64,000 nt of DNA from Salinivenus sp. (GTDB taxonomy: Bacteria; Bacteroidota; Rhodothermia; Rhodothermales; Salinibacteraceae). Below are positions 11,296 to 22,469 of the stretch, in pieces. Below the pieces are notes generated by a model. It did not search any database and was not told where the DNA came from. It was given only the letters and a program-made list of their open reading frames with translations. A program made the position numbers and the translations under genes. Positions within the stretch are counted from its first letter, which is position 1. Every line of letters begins with the position of its first letter. Where the stretch lies: positions 3,040 to 67,039 of the forward strand of contig JBKHEM010000001.1 in the NCBI GenBank assembly GCA_046540815.1. Direction: 5' to 3'.

Positions 11296-12723
11296 TTAGT
11301 CGTTGAGGCCCAGTTGATCCGAGGCATCCTTCACCAGGGCCTCCGCGGCCTCGGGGGACTCCGCTTCCGAGTAGACGCGCAGGACCGGCTCGGTGCCCGA
11401 GGGGCGGATGAGGAGCCATCCGCGGTCGGTGATGTGCTTAAAGCCGTCAAGCGTTTGCACGTCCGTCACCTCGTGGCCGCTGACCGTATCGAGCCCGCCC
11501 TTGTTGTCGAGCCGATCCAGGACGGCCGCCTTCTGGTCTTCGCGGATGTGGATGTCGTCGCGGTAGTTGTAGTGCGGGCCGAATTCGTCCAGCAGTTCGT
11601 CCACGAGTGCGGAGAGGGGTTTGCCGCGCTCCACCATCATCTCCACGATCAGCAGGCCGATGTAGATGCCGTCGCGCTCGGGAATGTGGCCGGCGGCCGC
11701 GATGCCCCCCGATTCCTCACCCCCGACGAGCACGCCCCCCTCGGCCATCTTCGTGGCAATGTGCTTGAAGCCGATTGGGGTTGTCTCCAGCGTGAGTCCG
11801 TACTGCTCGGCCATGCGGTCGAGCATGTGCGTGGTCGAGAACGTTTTGACGACGGAGCCCGAGAGGCCCCGCTCCTCGTACAGGTATTTGACGAGAAGGG
11901 CGAGCAGGCGGTGCGAACTCACGAAGTCTCCGTTCTCATCCACCATGCCAATGCGGTCGGCATCCCCGTCGTTCGCGAGGCCCACGGCACAGTCCGGGTC
12001 CGAGGCCACCGTGTCCGAGAGGGTGTGCAGGCGGTCCGCGATGGGCTCCGGTGCCACGCCGTGAAAGCCCGGGTTGAGGTCGTGGCGAAGCGGGTGGACC
12101 TGCTCCGCACCCAGCAGGTCCGTGACGAGGCCCTGCCCGGCGCCGTACATCGCATCGTGGGCAATTGTGAAGTCGGCCGAGGTAATCGCGTCGATGTCGA
12201 GCGCCTCGTGCAGGGCATTCAGGTAGCCGGAGCGCACGTCGTTGAGCGACACGCGACCGCCTGCGGTCAGGTCCTCGAACGGTGGCAGCGAGTCGGGAAG
12301 GGCGGCGGCCGGGCGGATTGCGTCCTCCACGGCGGCGATCATCGGGGGCGGGGCGGGCCCGCCAAAGTCGGCCTTGATTTTGAACCCGTTGTACTCGGGC
12401 GGATTGTGGCTGGCGGTGATGACCACGCCGGCGTCGGCGTCCATTGCCTGCGTGGCCCAGCTGACAGCGGGAGTCGACACCATGGTGTCGGCAAACGTAA
12501 CGTGCACGCCAGCTTCCGCGAGCACCTGCGCGGCTCGCTCGGCAAAGGCGCGCCCCAGGAAGCGCGTGTCGTGCCCCAGGACAACGCTCGGCGTATCGCC
12601 GTAGTCGTCGTGCAGCCACGCGGCTGTGGCCTGCGCCACGCGGGCGAGGTTTTCAAAGGTGTAATCGTCGGCAATGACAGCACGCCAGCCATCCGTGCCG
12701 AATGTAATTGAGACGTCGGACAT
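11296..12723 (-). CDS. phosphoglucomutase/phosphomannomutase family protein
   Basis: FGTDGWR, ITASHNP, DGDADR, GEESGG, IRPSGTEP. Confidence 0.95.
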   Translation of the reverse strand: MSDVSITFGTDGWRAVIADDYTFENLARVAQATAAWLHDDYGDTPSVVLGHDTRFLGRAFAERAAQVLAEAGVHVTFADTMVSTPAVSWATQAMDADAGVVITASHNPPEYNGFKIKADFGGPAPPPMIAAVEDAIRPAAALPDSLPPFEDLTAGGRVSLNDVRSGYLNALHEALDIDAITSADFTIAHDAMYGAGQGLVTDLLGAEQVHPLRHDLNPGFHGVAPEPIADRLHTLSDTVASDPDCAVGLANDGDADRIGMVDENGDFVSSHRLLALLVKYLYEERGLSGSVVKTFSTTHMLDRMAEQYGLTLETTPIGFKHIATKMAEGGVLVGGEESGGIAAAGHIPERDGIYIGLLIVEMMVERGKPLSALVDELLDEFGPHYNYRDDIHIREDQKAAVLDRLDNKGGLDTVSGHEVTDVQTLDGFKHITDRGWLLIRPSGTEPVLRVYSEAESPEAAEALVKDASDQLGLND

Positions 12724-12945
12724 AGAAGGAGGCTCCGGTCGAGGAGAGAGGTGATGATGAACGGCCCAAATGGCCGCTCCTCAAGATAAAGGGGTTTCGC
12801 CCGAAAAAGCCACTCGGAATCTAGAGGACATTGTGCAAAAAGAACGCGAACCCCTTCCGCCCCGGGGGCGAACGAGCAGGAGAAGGCTGCGTTAGGGAGG
12901 GCGGAAAATCACCTGTCTCCCTTCTTGTTGCCCCCGCTTGAGTCT

Positions 12946-13635
12946 ATGCGCATCGTCCAGGCCGCTCTTTGTTGTCTACTTGGCGCGGGAGTGTTGCTTC
13001 CCGCGACCTCCAGCTTCCATGCCGCTGAGGCACAGCAGCTCCGCCTGGGGGGCGGAGGCGGCTGGGCCCCAGCGACGACGACGGTAACGTACTCTAGTGT
13101 GTCGGGGGAGCAAGAGGTGGAGGCAGACGTGAGTACCAGTTACGGTCGGCACCTCTACGCCAGTGCCGGCTTTGAGCAGGGGATCTCCGACAATTTTGAC
13201 CTGGGTGTTCGACTTCGGGCACAGGAATCCAGGTTCCAGGGAGACTCCTCGGACTTGACGAGCCCCTGCCAGGTCGACTGCACACTCTCCAATTCCTTAG
13301 ACGGCCGCGTCCGGGCGCTGACCGTGGAGGGCCGCCTTATTCTCACGTCGGCGGGCCGCATCAACCCCTATCTTCTCGTTGGCCTTGGAGCAGTCCGGAC
13401 GACGATGGACGCGGCGCGCGTGCAGTTGGACGGGCAGCAGGACATTCCGTTTTCCGACATTGAGGTGACGGATGCCGGAGGCGACGTGGGCCTCGGGGCC
13501 ACGATGCAACTCGTGGGGGGACTTCACCTGGACGGGGAGTTCCGGGTGACAGGGAGCCTGCCGGGCGGAAAAGAGAATGCGGTGACGGTGTTGCCGTTAT
13601 CCCTTGGCCTCGGCTATAATTTTGGGTCCCTGTAA
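12946..13635 (+). CDS. outer-membrane beta-barrel protein (OmpA/OmpW-like 8-strand type)
   Basis: Signal peptide, alternating amphipathic strands, INPYLLVGLG, C-terminal LGLGYNF. Confidence 0.75.
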   Translation: MRIVQAALCCLLGAGVLLPATSSFHAAEAQQLRLGGGGGWAPATTTVTYSSVSGEQEVEADVSTSYGRHLYASAGFEQGISDNFDLGVRLRAQESRFQGDSSDLTSPCQVDCTLSNSLDGRVRALTVEGRLILTSAGRINPYLLVGLGAVRTTMDAARVQLDGQQDIPFSDIEVTDAGGDVGLGATMQLVGGLHLDGEFRVTGSLPGGKENAVTVLPLSLGLGYNFGSL

Positions 13636-13707
13636 CGTCGGCTCTTTCCCGCTGCGTTGCGTCCCGGTGCCATTATGAAGGCGGCGGGGGCACTGCCCAC
13701 TGGTTGA

Positions 13708-15678
13708 ATGGTTTTCTTCTCCCCCATGTCTCGTGTCTGTATCGTCGTGGCGGCCTGCATTGGGACCGCCGTGCTTCTCTTCGGAGGCCCCACGGCCTCG
13801 GCGCAATCGACGTCCGATTGGACCCTCGTCGACCGGATGTCCTACGAGCAGGCGCTTCACTCGTATCAGGACTGCGGGATCCGGAAGCTGGACCTGGACA
13901 TGTTTGTGGAGCGGCGAGCCCGTTTGGAGGCGCTGCGGGTCCCGGAGGGCCAGGAGGGACAGGAGGGCCAGGAGGCGACCATTGAGGTGGAGTACAGCGA
14001 CGACTTTCCGTCGGATGCCCAGGCGGCCTTTGCCCGGGCCGTCGACATCTGGGAGGCACACATATCCTCGCCGGTCACGATTCGGATGGAGGCCCGATGG
14101 GAACCGCTGGGGTCCAGCACGTTGGGGGCCGCCGGGCCCTTCCTGGGGCTGGTCGACACGAATGAGGACGGCGAAGGGGATACGATCATCGGGTTTCCGC
14201 TATTGGACGCCCTGACGGGATCGGACCAGCAGGCGGGGGAAAATGATATGTTGGCACGGTTCAACAGCTCACGCTCCGACTGGCACTTTGGGGAGGAGCC
14301 GGCCCCGGCCGGTACGATCGACTTCACGAGCGTCGTCCTACACGAGATTGCCCACGGGCTGAATTATATCGACCTTTTCGATTACAATGACAGCAATGGG
14401 GAGGGCGAGTACGGACTCGACTTTGACGAGAATGGGCAGCTCGAAGGAGAGGAGAAGTCGTCCGGGCCGTTTGGGCGCCGTCTCATCGAGGACCAGTCGG
14501 GCGGGGCGGCGTTCCTCACAAATGAGCAGGTCTATCCCAATCCCTCGCAGGCCCTGGGCGATGCGCTAACGAACGACCAGGTCTTTTTTGACGGAGAACG
14601 GGCGAATCGTGGGGCCGAGCAGGGCGACGGCCCGGTGCCGCCCAAGGTGTATGCCCCATCGATGTTCCAGTCCGGATCGAGCATTGCCCACCTGGCGGAG
14701 CTGACCTATCCGCCGGAGTCGCCCAACGCCCTCATGACGCCTCAAATTGGTACCGCGGAGACCAACCGAGACCCCGGTCCCATCCTGTGCGGGCAGTTGT
14801 ACGACATGGGATGGCCCCTGGGGACGGGATGCCAGCAGTTCTTCCGCGAGGTCTTTGCCCTGCAGGTGCAAACTGAAGAGGAGGAAAGTGGAGGCCGTAC
14901 CTTGTCGTGGAGCGTGGGAGAGAACGCGGACGTCGAGCAGTACCTTATCGATGTAAAGTACTTTGACGAGGACTTCGAAACGCGTCGCCAGATCGATGCC
15001 TCGTCGCTGAAGGAGCCGGAGGTGACGCTCGACAGCCTGGGGCTCGGGGCGTTTGCCTTCCGGTTGCGCTGGGAGCGATCCGATGGATCCGTGCGCACCG
15101 CGTTGGAGACCGTTCGAGACACGATTAACGTTGAGAACCTGACAACGGACCAGTCCGAAGCGGACGAGCAGGGGCGCCGTGCCGTGACGTTTTCGTGGAG
15201 GGAGCCGCCCGGCACACCGGAACGTGTTCAGTATCGGGTTGAGCGACGAGCGGGCACGAGCGGGGATTTCATCCCCGTCACCACGACCGACCAGACGAGT
15301 TATACGGCCAACCAGCAGACGCCGGGTCGTTACCAGTACCGCGTGACCTCGGAGGACGGGCAGGGCAACTCGCTGATGAGTGCCTCCGAGAATGTAGAGG
15401 TCGAATTTGAGGGGGATGTGTACGCGCTGGGGCCGTACCCAAACCCGGTCCGCGAGACGGCGACGTTTGATTTGACGGCCCGCGAGGCGCAGTCTGTGAC
15501 GGTGGAGGTGTACAATACGCTGGGCCAGCGGGTGTACCGCCAGGACCGGGAACTCGACGGGGAGGTTCCTACCGCGATTTCGCTGAACGTAAGCGAGTGG
15601 AGCAGCGGAATGTACTTTTTGCGAGTGAAAGGGGATGCTGGCATTACAGAGACGGAGAAGATGCTCGTCGTTCAGTAA
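13708..15678 (+). CDS. secreted zinc metalloprotease-like protein with Fn3/Ig-like domains and T9SS C-terminal domain
   Basis: Signal peptide, VVLHEIAHGL, SSIAHL, NALMTP. CTD motifs GPYPNP..VYNTLGQRV..SSGMYFLRV..KMLVVQ. Confidence 0.82.
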   Translation: MVFFSPMSRVCIVVAACIGTAVLLFGGPTASAQSTSDWTLVDRMSYEQALHSYQDCGIRKLDLDMFVERRARLEALRVPEGQEGQEGQEATIEVEYSDDFPSDAQAAFARAVDIWEAHISSPVTIRMEARWEPLGSSTLGAAGPFLGLVDTNEDGEGDTIIGFPLLDALTGSDQQAGENDMLARFNSSRSDWHFGEEPAPAGTIDFTSVVLHEIAHGLNYIDLFDYNDSNGEGEYGLDFDENGQLEGEEKSSGPFGRRLIEDQSGGAAFLTNEQVYPNPSQALGDALTNDQVFFDGERANRGAEQGDGPVPPKVYAPSMFQSGSSIAHLAELTYPPESPNALMTPQIGTAETNRDPGPILCGQLYDMGWPLGTGCQQFFREVFALQVQTEEEESGGRTLSWSVGENADVEQYLIDVKYFDEDFETRRQIDASSLKEPEVTLDSLGLGAFAFRLRWERSDGSVRTALETVRDTINVENLTTDQSEADEQGRRAVTFSWREPPGTPERVQYRVERRAGTSGDFIPVTTTDQTSYTANQQTPGRYQYRVTSEDGQGNSLMSASENVEVEFEGDVYALGPYPNPVRETATFDLTAREAQSVTVEVYNTLGQRVYRQDRELDGEVPTAISLNVSEWSSGMYFLRVKGDAGITETEKMLVVQ

Positions 15679-15714
15679 CGTTTTATCCGATTTTATTTGT
15701 AGTCGAATACCGCT

Positions 15715-18363
15715 ATGCTGCACCGCACATTCTTCATTTTGCTGGGTACGGCCCTTTTTGGAATCGGGCCTCAGGTAGAGTCTGGACTGGCTCAGGACGA
15801 GCGCGTGGCGTCTCATTCCGTGGGCATGCTTGCGGTGGAGGAGGTGACCGAAGAGGTAAAACAGGCGGCCCGCGAGGCGGTGTGGGGCCCGGATGCTGCG
15901 GAGAAGAGCGGGCCCATGGCGGCGCTGGGGACAGAGTTGGCCCTGTTGTACCACCAGCACGAAGCGGGCGGAGAGACGGCGGTGCAGTCCCTTCGGCCGG
16001 GGGCGACCCCGCAGAGGAGCATCGAGGGGCCGCCCGACCGACCCCGAGGCACGAGCCGAGTGATTTCGCCCGTGTCGGCGGACGGGCGCACGGTGGTGAT
16101 CGATGCCGTGGCGACCGAGGAGGTCGCGACTTTGCTCGACGACCTGCGGGCGCTCGGGCTGGAGAGGGAGGCCACGGCGGGGGCCGTCGTGTCGGGCCGG
16201 CTGCCGATTGCGTCGCTCCGCGAGGCTGCCCAGTTGTCCTCGCTCCGGGGCATGGCCCCGTCGTACATGCGTGTGCACGCCGGTAGCGTCGAGTCGGAGG
16301 CCGACACGTCGCACCGCGCGTATCAGGCCCGGGCGGAGAAGGGCGTTGACGGGGGTGGGGAAAAGGTGTGCGCCCTGTCGGACAGCTACGACACCGCCTC
16401 TTCCGCGGCCACCTCCGCCTCGGACGACATAGAGTCCGGAGACCTGCCCGGCAACGGAAATCCAGAGGGCCGTACCACGACGGTCGATGTGCTGTCCGAC
16501 TACGATGGGGACGATCCGGAGCCCACAGATGAGGGCCGCGCCATGCTGCAACTCATCCACGACATCGCGCCGGGCGCGGAGCTTGGTTTCCACACCGCAT
16601 TTGGGGGCATCGGGAATTTTGCGGAGGGCATCGGAGAGCTTGCAGCGGAGGGGTGCGGGGTGATTGTCGACGATGTGGGCTACAGCAATGAGCCGTTTTA
16701 CCAGGATGGCCCGGTATCGAATGCCGTGGATGACGTGGTGGAAAACGAGGACGTCGTGTACTTTTCTTCCGCCGGCAACAACGGCCAAGACTCGTACGAG
16801 GCCCCCTTCCGCAATTCGGGCGAGTCGGGAGTGATTAGCAGCAGTGCCGTGCGCCACGATTTCGACAGCGAGTCCTTATCCACAGACACCGAGCAGCGCG
16901 TGACGGTGGAAGCGGGCGGCACCTTTCAGGTGTTTTCGCTGCAGTGGACCGACCCGTCGGCCCAGGTGGACGGGTCGGACGGGGCCGACACGGACCTCGA
17001 CATTGCGCTCGTGGATCAGGACGGGGAGATCGTGGCGGAGTCGAGCAACGACAACATTGAGTCCGGGGTGCCCTCCGAGACGATGGAGTACACCAACAAC
17101 AGCGGAAGCACGCAGGAACTGGATCTCGTGATCGAGAAGGCCGCGGGGCCCGATCCGGACGAGATCAAGTACGTCTATTCCGGCAACGACTTCTCCGTGG
17201 AGGAATACGATACGCTGGGGCCAACAGTCTTTGGTCATCCGATGGCCGAGGGGGCGATGGCGGTGGCCGCAGCGCCGTTCTATAATACTGCCGAGTACAA
17301 TCCGAACTCCGACCCGGCGGCACTGGAGCCCTTTTCCGCGAAGGGCGGCATTCAAATCCGATTTGACCAAAGTGGGGCGGAGCGTAGTTCTCCGGAGGAC
17401 CGGGAAAAACCGGACGTGACCGGGACTGACGGGATCGATAACACCTTCTTTGGAGAGGACCTTCCCGACACCTTTGCGGATGGAGTAGATGCGGATCCGC
17501 ACCCGAACTTTTTTGGCACCTCGGCGGCGGCCCCGAACATTGCGGCGATTGGGGCGCTTATTCGCAATGCACGTCCGGATCTGTCCCCGACGGAGGTCTA
17601 CGACCGTCTGGAGTCCACCGCGGCCGACGTGACGGTCCGGCAAAACCGGGACGGGGACTTCGTTGAGATTGATTCTGGTGTGGATCCGTGGAGCGGGCAC
17701 GGGTTCGTACAGGCCAACGAGGCGGTGCCGACGCCCACGGGCGTTCAGATTGCTAATCTGGAGTCCGACAGCGCGCTCGTTTCGAACGGGAAAGGGGAAC
17801 TGACCCTACGGTGGCGTCAGATAGGCGACGAGAACGTCGACGAGCTGGTGGTGGAGCGACGGTTTTTCTCGGGGGCGTATGAAGAAGTGGCGCGACTGGA
17901 CGGAGAGGGCGCCGGGGACTACCGTCGCAGAATTGACGATCTTGCACCGGGAGCGCACCGGTTCCGCGTTACGGCCGTGGAGCGAACGGACACGGACGGG
18001 GACGGGTCGCCGAACGACCGCGTGCTGGCACGGGAGTCCGTCGAGACGGTGCTCCGGGCAGAGGAGGTCGACGTCACGGTCTATCCGAACCCGTTCCAGG
18101 AGTCGGCCCGGCTGTCGGTGACGCTACCGGAGGACCTACAGGGCCAGGACGTCGCCGTCCAGATTCAGGTGTATAACGCCCTCGGCCAGCGTGTGGCTGT
18201 GCCGACGGTATCCCGCACGATAACCGACTCCGAGTCCATTCGGATTGGGGCCCGCACGCTTCGGTCGCTGAGCAGCGGGATGTACTTCTTCCGGGTGATT
18301 GGGGAGGGACGGCAAGACGACGCCGACTTTGTGGAGACCGTGCAGGCCGTCCACGTGCAGTAG
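15715..18363 (+). CDS. subtilase (S8/S53-like) serine protease with T9SS C-terminal domain
   Basis: ALSDSY, DEGRAMLQLIHDIAPGA, SSAGN, KPDVTG, FFGTSAAAP. CTD motifs VYPNPF..YNALGQRV..SSGMYFFRV. Confidence 0.88.
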   Translation: MLHRTFFILLGTALFGIGPQVESGLAQDERVASHSVGMLAVEEVTEEVKQAAREAVWGPDAAEKSGPMAALGTELALLYHQHEAGGETAVQSLRPGATPQRSIEGPPDRPRGTSRVISPVSADGRTVVIDAVATEEVATLLDDLRALGLEREATAGAVVSGRLPIASLREAAQLSSLRGMAPSYMRVHAGSVESEADTSHRAYQARAEKGVDGGGEKVCALSDSYDTASSAATSASDDIESGDLPGNGNPEGRTTTVDVLSDYDGDDPEPTDEGRAMLQLIHDIAPGAELGFHTAFGGIGNFAEGIGELAAEGCGVIVDDVGYSNEPFYQDGPVSNAVDDVVENEDVVYFSSAGNNGQDSYEAPFRNSGESGVISSSAVRHDFDSESLSTDTEQRVTVEAGGTFQVFSLQWTDPSAQVDGSDGADTDLDIALVDQDGEIVAESSNDNIESGVPSETMEYTNNSGSTQELDLVIEKAAGPDPDEIKYVYSGNDFSVEEYDTLGPTVFGHPMAEGAMAVAAAPFYNTAEYNPNSDPAALEPFSAKGGIQIRFDQSGAERSSPEDREKPDVTGTDGIDNTFFGEDLPDTFADGVDADPHPNFFGTSAAAPNIAAIGALIRNARPDLSPTEVYDRLESTAADVTVRQNRDGDFVEIDSGVDPWSGHGFVQANEAVPTPTGVQIANLESDSALVSNGKGELTLRWRQIGDENVDELVVERRFFSGAYEEVARLDGEGAGDYRRRIDDLAPGAHRFRVTAVERTDTDGDGSPNDRVLARESVETVLRAEEVDVTVYPNPFQESARLSVTLPEDLQGQDVAVQIQVYNALGQRVAVPTVSRTITDSESIRIGARTLRSLSSGMYFFRVIGEGRQDDADFVETVQAVHVQ

Positions 18364-18402
18364 CGCGGAAGGGAGGGGCGGCTAGAGGCTACGAGACGGA
18401 CG

Positions 18403-21123
18403 TTAGTCCACTTCATCCACGGCGTCAGAAGCTGCATCGTCATCCATCGCTCCGTTGGTGGTCGGGGCCTCCGTCTCGTCGTCCTCGTCCTCAGTGTCGG
18501 GCGCCGGATCGGCGAGGGCATCGGGGGCCACGCAACTCACGTCGGCAATGGCGTCCCCGTCCTTGAGGTTGATCACGCGCACGCCCTGTGTGTTGCGGCC
18601 CATCTGGCTGATTTCTTCGACCCGCGTGCGGATCATGATGCCGTTCTCGGTAATGATCATCAGGTCCTCGTCCCCACAGACGCCCTTAATGGACACCAGG
18701 TCGCCGGTTCGCCTCGTGTGGTTGAGTGTAATGAGGCCTTTCCCGCCGCGGCTCTGCACGCGATACTTGGTGAGCGGCGTCCGCTTGCCGTAGCCGTTTT
18801 CCGCGATGGCCAACACGTCGAGGTCGTCTCGCCGGTCGGGAGACACGGAGATCATGCCCACCATGGTCTGATCGCCGGGCAGGCGCATGCCGCGCACGCC
18901 GGCGGTGTTGCGGCCCATCGGGCGGGCGTCGTCCTCGTGGAAATGCACGGCCCGGCCGCCGGACGACGCGACGACGACGCTGTGGTTGCCGTCCGTCAGG
19001 GTCGCCTCCAGCAGCTGGTCGTCCGCTTCCACCTTGACGCCGATGATGCCGCCGCGGCGCGGGCGGCTGTAGGCTTCCAGGACGGTCTTTTTGACTTGCC
19101 CCTCCCGGGTGGCCGCCAGCACGTAGTGGTTGTTGAGGAAGGTCTCGTCCTCAAAGTCGTCCTTGCTGACGTTGATGACGGCGCGGATGCGATCGTCGCG
19201 ATCGATGTCGATGAGATTGCGGATCGAGCGGCCCTTCGCCGTCCGCCCGCCCTCGGGAATCTCGAAGGGGCGAAGCCAGAAACACTGCCCCTTCTCCGTA
19301 AACAGGAGCAGCATGTCGTGGGAGTGGCACACGTACAGGTGCTCGATGAAGTCGTCGTCCCGCTTGCCCGTGCCGCGCATGCCGACGCCCCCGCGGCCCT
19401 GCGTCCGGTACGTGTCGATGGGCGTCCGCTTCGTGAGGCCCTGGTGCGTGATCGTGACGACCACGTGCTCGCGCTCGATCAGGTCCTCGATGATGATGTC
19501 GTCGCCGCCCGTCTTGTCGATCATTGTGCGGCGCTCGTCGTCGAAACGCTCCTTCACCGCCAGTAGCTCCTCCTTAATGATCTCCATGCGGCGGTCGGGG
19601 CTGGAGAGAATGTGCTGAAGCCGCTTGATCTCGTCGATGATGTCCTCGTACTCGCCGATGATCTTCTCGCGTTCCAGTCCCGTGAGGCGGCTGAGGCGAA
19701 GGCGCAGAATGGCGTTCGCCTGGTCTTCGGTCAGCCAGTGGCCGTCGTCAGGTTGTTGTACCAGTTCCTCGTACTCGTCGCCCAGGAGGGCCTGCACGGT
19801 GTCCTGCGTCTTATCGGCCTCCACCGGCGGGGTGGTTGGCACATTGATGTTGCGCAGGTCGGCGTCGCTCAGGGTCTCCGGATAGCGGCCCTCGCGCAGC
19901 TTTTGACGGGCGGTGTCGGTGTCGGGCGAATGGCGGATGATGGCGATGACGGCGTCGAGGTGATCGAGTGCCAGGGTGAGGCCCTCCAGGATGTGCGCCC
20001 GGTCCTGGGCCTTTCGCAGATCGTACTCCGTACGGCGGACGACGATCTCGTGGCGGTGGTCCACGTAGTGCCGGATCGCGTCCTTCAGATTGACGACCTG
20101 CGGCCGCCCGTTCACCAGCGCCACCATATTGACGCCAAACGTGTCCTGCAGGCGGGAGTGCTTGTACACCTGATTCTTTACGATCTCCGCGTTGGCGTCC
20201 CGCTTCAGCTCAATCACGATGCGGAGGCCGTCGCGGTCGCTCTCGTCGCGGAGGTCGGCGATGCCCTCGATGCGCTCTTCGCGCACCCGATCGGCAATGC
20301 GCTCGACTTCGCGGCTTTTGTTGACCTGGTAGGGCAACTCCGTCACAACCAGCGCCCGGCGCCCGCTGCGCACCTCCTCCTCGTGCATCTTGGCCCGCAT
20401 CACCACGCGCCCGCGGCCCGTATGGTAGGCCTCGTACACCCCCGCGTAGCCGTAGATGATGCCCCCCGTCGGGAAGTCCGGGGCCGGGAGGAAGTCCATC
20501 AAAGCGTCGATCTCGATCTCCGGATCGTCGATGTAGGCCACCGTCGCGTCGATCGTCTCGCCGAGGTTGTGGGGCGGGATGTTGGTGGCCATGCCCACCG
20601 CGATGCCGTCGGCCCCGTTCACGAGCATGTTGGGGAACGCCGCCGGGAGCACCGTCGGCTCCTCCATCGTTCCGTCGAAGTTTTCCTGCGTGTCGACGGT
20701 TTCCTTCCCGATGTCGCTCAGCATCTGCTCGGCGATGCGCGTCATTCGGGCCTCCGTGTACCGCATGGCCGCCGCCGAGTCGCCGTCGACCGATCCGAAG
20801 TTGCCCTGCCCGTCGGCCAGCGGGTACCGCATGGAAAAGGGCTGGGCCATGCGCACCAGCGTGTCGTAGACCGACGAGTCGCCGTGCGGGTGATACTTTC
20901 CCAGTACCTCCCCAACAATGCGGGCGCTCTTCTTGTAGCTGGCGCCCTGTGTGAGGCCCAACTCGTGCATGCCGTAGAGCACGCGGCGGTGCACCGGCTT
21001 CAGGCCGTCGCGTACGTCGGGCAGCGCACGACTCACAATCACCGACATGGAGTAGTCGATGTAGGACGATTTCATCTCGTCCTCAATGTTGATGGGGATG
21101 ACGCGGCTGTCGTCCGCTTCCAT
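18403..21123 (-). CDS. gyrA: DNA gyrase subunit A
   Basis: [37 protein letters not shown] (catalytic Tyr), GyrA-box TQGRGGVG, beta-pinwheel repeats. Confidence 0.98.
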   Translation of the reverse strand: MEADDSRVIPINIEDEMKSSYIDYSMSVIVSRALPDVRDGLKPVHRRVLYGMHELGLTQGASYKKSARIVGEVLGKYHPHGDSSVYDTLVRMAQPFSMRYPLADGQGNFGSVDGDSAAAMRYTEARMTRIAEQMLSDIGKETVDTQENFDGTMEEPTVLPAAFPNMLVNGADGIAVGMATNIPPHNLGETIDATVAYIDDPEIEIDALMDFLPAPDFPTGGIIYGYAGVYEAYHTGRGRVVMRAKMHEEEVRSGRRALVVTELPYQVNKSREVERIADRVREERIEGIADLRDESDRDGLRIVIELKRDANAEIVKNQVYKHSRLQDTFGVNMVALVNGRPQVVNLKDAIRHYVDHRHEIVVRRTEYDLRKAQDRAHILEGLTLALDHLDAVIAIIRHSPDTDTARQKLREGRYPETLSDADLRNINVPTTPPVEADKTQDTVQALLGDEYEELVQQPDDGHWLTEDQANAILRLRLSRLTGLEREKIIGEYEDIIDEIKRLQHILSSPDRRMEIIKEELLAVKERFDDERRTMIDKTGGDDIIIEDLIEREHVVVTITHQGLTKRTPIDTYRTQGRGGVGMRGTGKRDDDFIEHLYVCHSHDMLLLFTEKGQCFWLRPFEIPEGGRTAKGRSIRNLIDIDRDDRIRAVINVSKDDFEDETFLNNHYVLAATREGQVKKTVLEAYSRPRRGGIIGVKVEADDQLLEATLTDGNHSVVVASSGGRAVHFHEDDARPMGRNTAGVRGMRLPGDQTMVGMISVSPDRRDDLDVLAIAENGYGKRTPLTKYRVQSRGGKGLITLNHTRRTGDLVSIKGVCGDEDLMIITENGIMIRTRVEEISQMGRNTQGVRVINLKDGDAIADVSCVAPDALADPAPDTEDEDDETEAPTTNGAMDDDAASDAVDEVD

Positions 21124-21415
21124 GCTCCAAGGGGGGATCTGTGGGGGAAATCAGAAAAGACCACGCGCCTGCGCTCGCGCAGGGCATAATGTCAACGTAG
21201 GAAGCGGCCCCCCCAAGTGCCACCGGTAGGGCGGCGGAGAACCACTCTCCGTACGCTTTTGAAATGAGCTACAAAGGCGTGCCCACTGCCCGGAACGAGC
21301 GCCTGCCGTGCGGGTGCAGCACACAAATATGAGGGGACTGGTCCTGCTCCCCGTACGTTGGGCCTTCATTGTGTTTGTCGACGTTCTCGTGCCGCTTCGC
21401 TCTCCCACGGTCGCC

Positions 21416-22291
21416 ATGCCCTCTGCTAATCCCGATCCCCTCCGTACGCCCGACGGCTTCGACCTTCAGGGGCACCGCGGGGCCCGCGGCCTCGCCCCGG
21501 AGAACACGATTCCGGCGTTTCGGCGCGCGCTCGACCTCGGCGTGACGACCCTCGAGATGGACGTGGTGGTTGCGGGGGACGGCACCGTGGTCGTGTCCCA
21601 CGAGCCCTGGATGAACCCTGCGATTTGTCGGACGCCCGAGGGGGAGGAGGTCGCGCGCGGTACCGGGCGGAGCCACAACATTTTCGAGATGACGTACCCG
21701 GAAGTCGCCGCGTACGATTGCGGGAGCCGGCGGCACCCCGACTTCCCAGAACAGGCGCCGGAACCGGCCCGCAAGCCGCGGCTCCGCGACGTCCTGGACG
21801 AGGCCGAGACGTACGCCGCGAAGCACGACCGCCCGCCGGTCTTCTACAACATCGAGATCAAGAGCCGACCGGAATGGGACGGGGCGTTTCATCCATCGCC
21901 GGATGCATTCGTCGAACGCGTGCTCGACGTCGTGGACACGGCGGGTGTCGCGGCGCGGACGATCCTCCAGTCGTTTGATGTCCGGTCCCTGGAGGTCATT
22001 CACACCCGCTCCACGGACGTGCGGACGGCCCTGCTTGTGAGCGCGTGGGGGGATCAGGGGCTTGAGAAAAACCTCGATCGGCTCTCGTTTCAACCCGACG
22101 TGTACAGCCCGAACGAGGCTCTCGTCGATGAGGCTCTCGTCGACGCCGTGCACAAGCGAGGAATGACGCTTATCCCCTGGACGGTCAACGAGCCGGACGC
22201 CATGCGTCGTCTTCTGTCCCTCGGGGTCGACGGCCTCATCACCGACTATCCCGACCGGGCCCAAGCCGTGCTCCGGGACAAGAACCGGTGA
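21416..22291 (+). CDS. glycerophosphodiester phosphodiesterase
   Basis: QGHRGARGLAPENT, LEMDV, VSHE, NIEIKS, QSFD, WTVN, GVDGLITDYP. Confidence 0.93.
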   Translation: MPSANPDPLRTPDGFDLQGHRGARGLAPENTIPAFRRALDLGVTTLEMDVVVAGDGTVVVSHEPWMNPAICRTPEGEEVARGTGRSHNIFEMTYPEVAAYDCGSRRHPDFPEQAPEPARKPRLRDVLDEAETYAAKHDRPPVFYNIEIKSRPEWDGAFHPSPDAFVERVLDVVDTAGVAARTILQSFDVRSLEVIHTRSTDVRTALLVSAWGDQGLEKNLDRLSFQPDVYSPNEALVDEALVDAVHKRGMTLIPWTVNEPDAMRRLLSLGVDGLITDYPDRAQAVLRDKNR

Positions 22292-22469
22292 GGGCAAACG
22301 AGACGAGACGCTCGCGGCCGAAACCAAATCCCGGGCCGTTCTTGCCATCGGCCGCCGGGAATGATATGCTTTTGTGAAGAGCGGGCTGAGGGGTACACCG
22401 GGCCCACTGGAATTTCGTATCGTAGAAGGCTTACTACCGCTCTCTTCTCACGCGACACTCTTCCTTGCC

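Noticed and set aside
13945-13974. 9-bp tandem repeat encoding (EGQ)3
   Set aside because: In-frame low-complexity linker; it cannot cause phase variation.
19735-19900. Possible intein in gyrA
   Set aside because: Too short, no C/S..HN splice motifs, and not at the known GyrA intein site beside the catalytic Tyr.
22115-22144. 15-bp tandem duplication (EALVD)2 in the GDPD gene
   Set aside because: Fits the normal LVD..LV pattern of the family, with no apparent length change.
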